Shown here: one piece after another, positions 62,193 through 64,000 of the stretch | How positions within the stretch are numbered: position 1 is the first letter of the stretch | How the letters are laid out: the number at the start of each line of letters is the position of its first letter | Origin: Candidatus Hadarchaeota archaeon | GTDB taxonomy: Archaea > Hadarchaeota > Hadarchaeia > Hadarchaeales > JAWBSP01 | DNA length: 64,000 nt | Assembly (NCBI GenBank): GCA_964474885.1 | Contig: CAYYWO010000004.1 | Location: 1-64,000, forward strand | Reading direction: 5' to 3' | Notes under the pieces: generated by a model | Seen by the model: only the letters and a program-made list of their open reading frames with translations | Told to the model about the DNA's origin: nothing | Database searches by the model: none | Made by a program: the position numbers and the translations under genes

Positions 62193-64000
62193 TTCCGATA
62201 AAGCTGCTTCCTCACCTCTTCCAGATCGAGCTCTCTTAGCTTCTCCTCCATAGGAATCCCACAGACGGGATCCCAACCCAGCTCCTCATAAAACGCATAC
62301 TGTGCCTCTACTAAGTTGCACCCCTGGGCCGCCCTCTTGCTCACCCTGAAGTCTTCCGGTCTTATGCCCTCCCTGTAATTGAAGGCCTGCATGAGAGTTA
62401 AAATACGCTGTCCTACGCGGTGGAAGTCTACTATCCCGAGGTCCCAACCGGTCGCCGCATTAATGTAATCAAGAACCTTCAGCCTCGCCCCAGCCGTGAG
62501 CGGGCCAAAAAGACAGAAGCCCGCGGCAGACATGGCATGGAAGTAGACGGATGCATGAGCCGCCCTCTTGCCGTGGAACTCCCAGTTGCTGAACCTCCAA
62601 GATTTCGGGTAAAACGGAGGCGCTGGTTCGACGCCGAAGATCTTGTGCAACTCCTCTAGGTCGATGAAGGTCATTGAGTGCAAATGCTTGCCTGGCACGG
62701 GTTCTGATTGATAGGAGATGCCATATCCTGGATCTTGTCGTGGATCGTGCATGGCGAGTTCCACCCCTCCCGCATGAACTGCGAATTCTTTGGAGCCAGG
62801 TATTTTCTCCGAGGCCCTTTTCACACCGTCTGCCAACAGATCACCGATACCTTCTCTCTTTATTATTTTGTCCAGTAGCATCAAGTGAGCCTCACCATCT
62901 CCCCAGTTCAGGGGGAAACCGATGTCCTCTGCCTTGAGCAGACCTTTTTCATAGCACTCACATGCAAAAGCCACGACAGATCCTGCCGAAATCCCGTCCA
63001 AACCTGCCCGGTTACACATGTCTATGGCTTTCAGAACTGTATCAAGATCTGAGTTCAAACAGTTAGAACCAAAAGAGGCCAAGCATTCGTACTCAACCTT
63101 CACCTCCTCCAGCTGGAATCTGCCACCTTTTGCCACCAAGCTGGTACAACCCAAGGGGCATGACTCGCAAGCGTGCCTTTTCGTCCTTAATTCGAGGATT
63201 TTTTCATCCGACAGTTCCATCGCTTGTTTGGTTGAAAAGTCCGCTTGGCTCCCTGCCCAGTTCTTGATGGCCGAATCCTGAGAGGTCATCGACCAGCCGG
63301 CAAAACCGGGTGTACCATATCTCATCATAATAAGCTGGAAAAAGATAGGCTGCAAACGTACCATAAACTTACTTTGCAGGGTCAGTCTTCCAAGTATACT
63401 GGTCATTCTCCCCCACCTGCTTTTAAGCCTGTCCTCGGCCGCGAGTTTTGCGAAGGGGGACCTGTACCACTCCAAGAACTCCTTGTTCAGCTGCATGATC
63501 TTTTCCCTGGACGCAACCTCTATTTTTCCTGTTCCAAGGACCGCTACCGCTTTTAGCTTCTTGCTCCCCATCACTGCTCCCATCCCTGTACGAGCAGCTA
63601 TCCTGTGACGCTCGCTAACTATGCCCGAGATCATGGACAAATTTTCCCCTGCCTGTCCTATGCAAGCCACCTTGACCCTCGGGTTGTTTGTTTCGGTCTT
63701 TATGATCTGGTCCGTCTCGTATGTATCCTTCCCCCACAGGTGCGATGCATCACGCAGCTCTGCCTTGCCATCCTCTACGTAAAGGTAAACGGGCTTCTCC
63801 GACTTGCCCACGAAGAATATCGCATCGTAACCTGCCCTTTTAAGTTCCGGGCCGAAACTTCCCCCAGCGTTTGCCATCCCAAACCCGCCGGTAACCGGAG
63901 ATTTGGCAGCAACCATGTACCTCCCGCTGAACCAGGCCCCAGTTCCATTTAGCAAGCCAGAAGCAAAGCACAGTATATTCCTCTCGCCGAGCGGATCAAT
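62189..64000 (-). CDS. aldehyde:ferredoxin oxidoreductase family (tungsten), 5' end outside window
   Basis: KSPVTG, ACIGQAGE, R.GMGAVMGSKKLKA, ACESCPLGC, EYE, GLDGIS, REGIGDLLADG, DPR. Confidence 0.92.
   Translation of the reverse strand: MDPLGERNILCFASGLLNGTGAWFSGRYMVAAKSPVTGGFGMANAGGSFGPELKRAGYDAIFFVGKSEKPVYLYVEDGKAELRDASHLWGKDTYETDQIIKTETNNPRVKVACIGQAGENLSMISGIVSERHRIAARTGMGAVMGSKKLKAVAVLGTGKIEVASREKIMQLNKEFLEWYRSPFAKLAAEDRLKSRWGRMTSILGRLTLQSKFMVRLQPIFFQLIMMRYGTPGFAGWSMTSQDSAIKNWAGSQADFSTKQAMELSDEKILELRTKRHACESCPLGCTSLVAKGGRFQLEEVKVEYECLASFGSNCLNSDLDTVLKAIDMCNRAGLDGISAGSVVAFACECYEKGLLKAEDIGFPLNWGDGEAHLMLLDKIIKREGIGDLLADGVKRASEKIPGSKEFAVHAGGVELAMHDPRQDPGYGISYQSEPVPGKHLHSMTFIDLEELHKIFGVEPAPPFYPKSWRFSNWEFHGKRAAHASVYFHAMSAAGFCLFGPLTAGARLKVLDYINAATGWDLGIVDFHRVGQRILTLMQAFNYREGIRPEDFRVSKRAAQGCNLVEAQYAFYEELGWDPVCGIPMEEKLRELDLEEVRKQLYRK

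Overview
Archaeal chromosomal window from a GC-rich, probably thermophilic lineage. The gene content and 16S style suggest Hadarchaeota (Hadesarchaea), but that is inference. Most of it is housekeeping: two ribosomal-protein blocks, pheST, thiamine, F420 (cofC/G/H/D), BCAA genes, pckG, tfe and hflX. It also holds a minus-strand 16S-tRNA-Ala unit separated from the 23S gene by ~4 kb of protein genes and pseudogenes. Most notable: (1) a dispersed intergenic element made of paired 27-bp palindromes (11-5-11, 31-bp period) at three loci, all in the same orientation; (2) a 31-nt canonical bulge-helix-bulge intron in the loop of 23S helix 69; (3) a 2838-aa surface protein built as four modules of [4 FN3/Ig-like domains + a block of 16-aa Trp-periodic repeats], ending in a PGF-pre-PGF-like domain, a TM helix and a basic tail; (4) an AOR-SDR-membrane proteins-GH2-cofD run. 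Two short genes missed by the ORF track (a 2[4Fe-4S] ferredoxin and rps14) were read by hand. No CRISPR array, intact transposase or integrase was seen.
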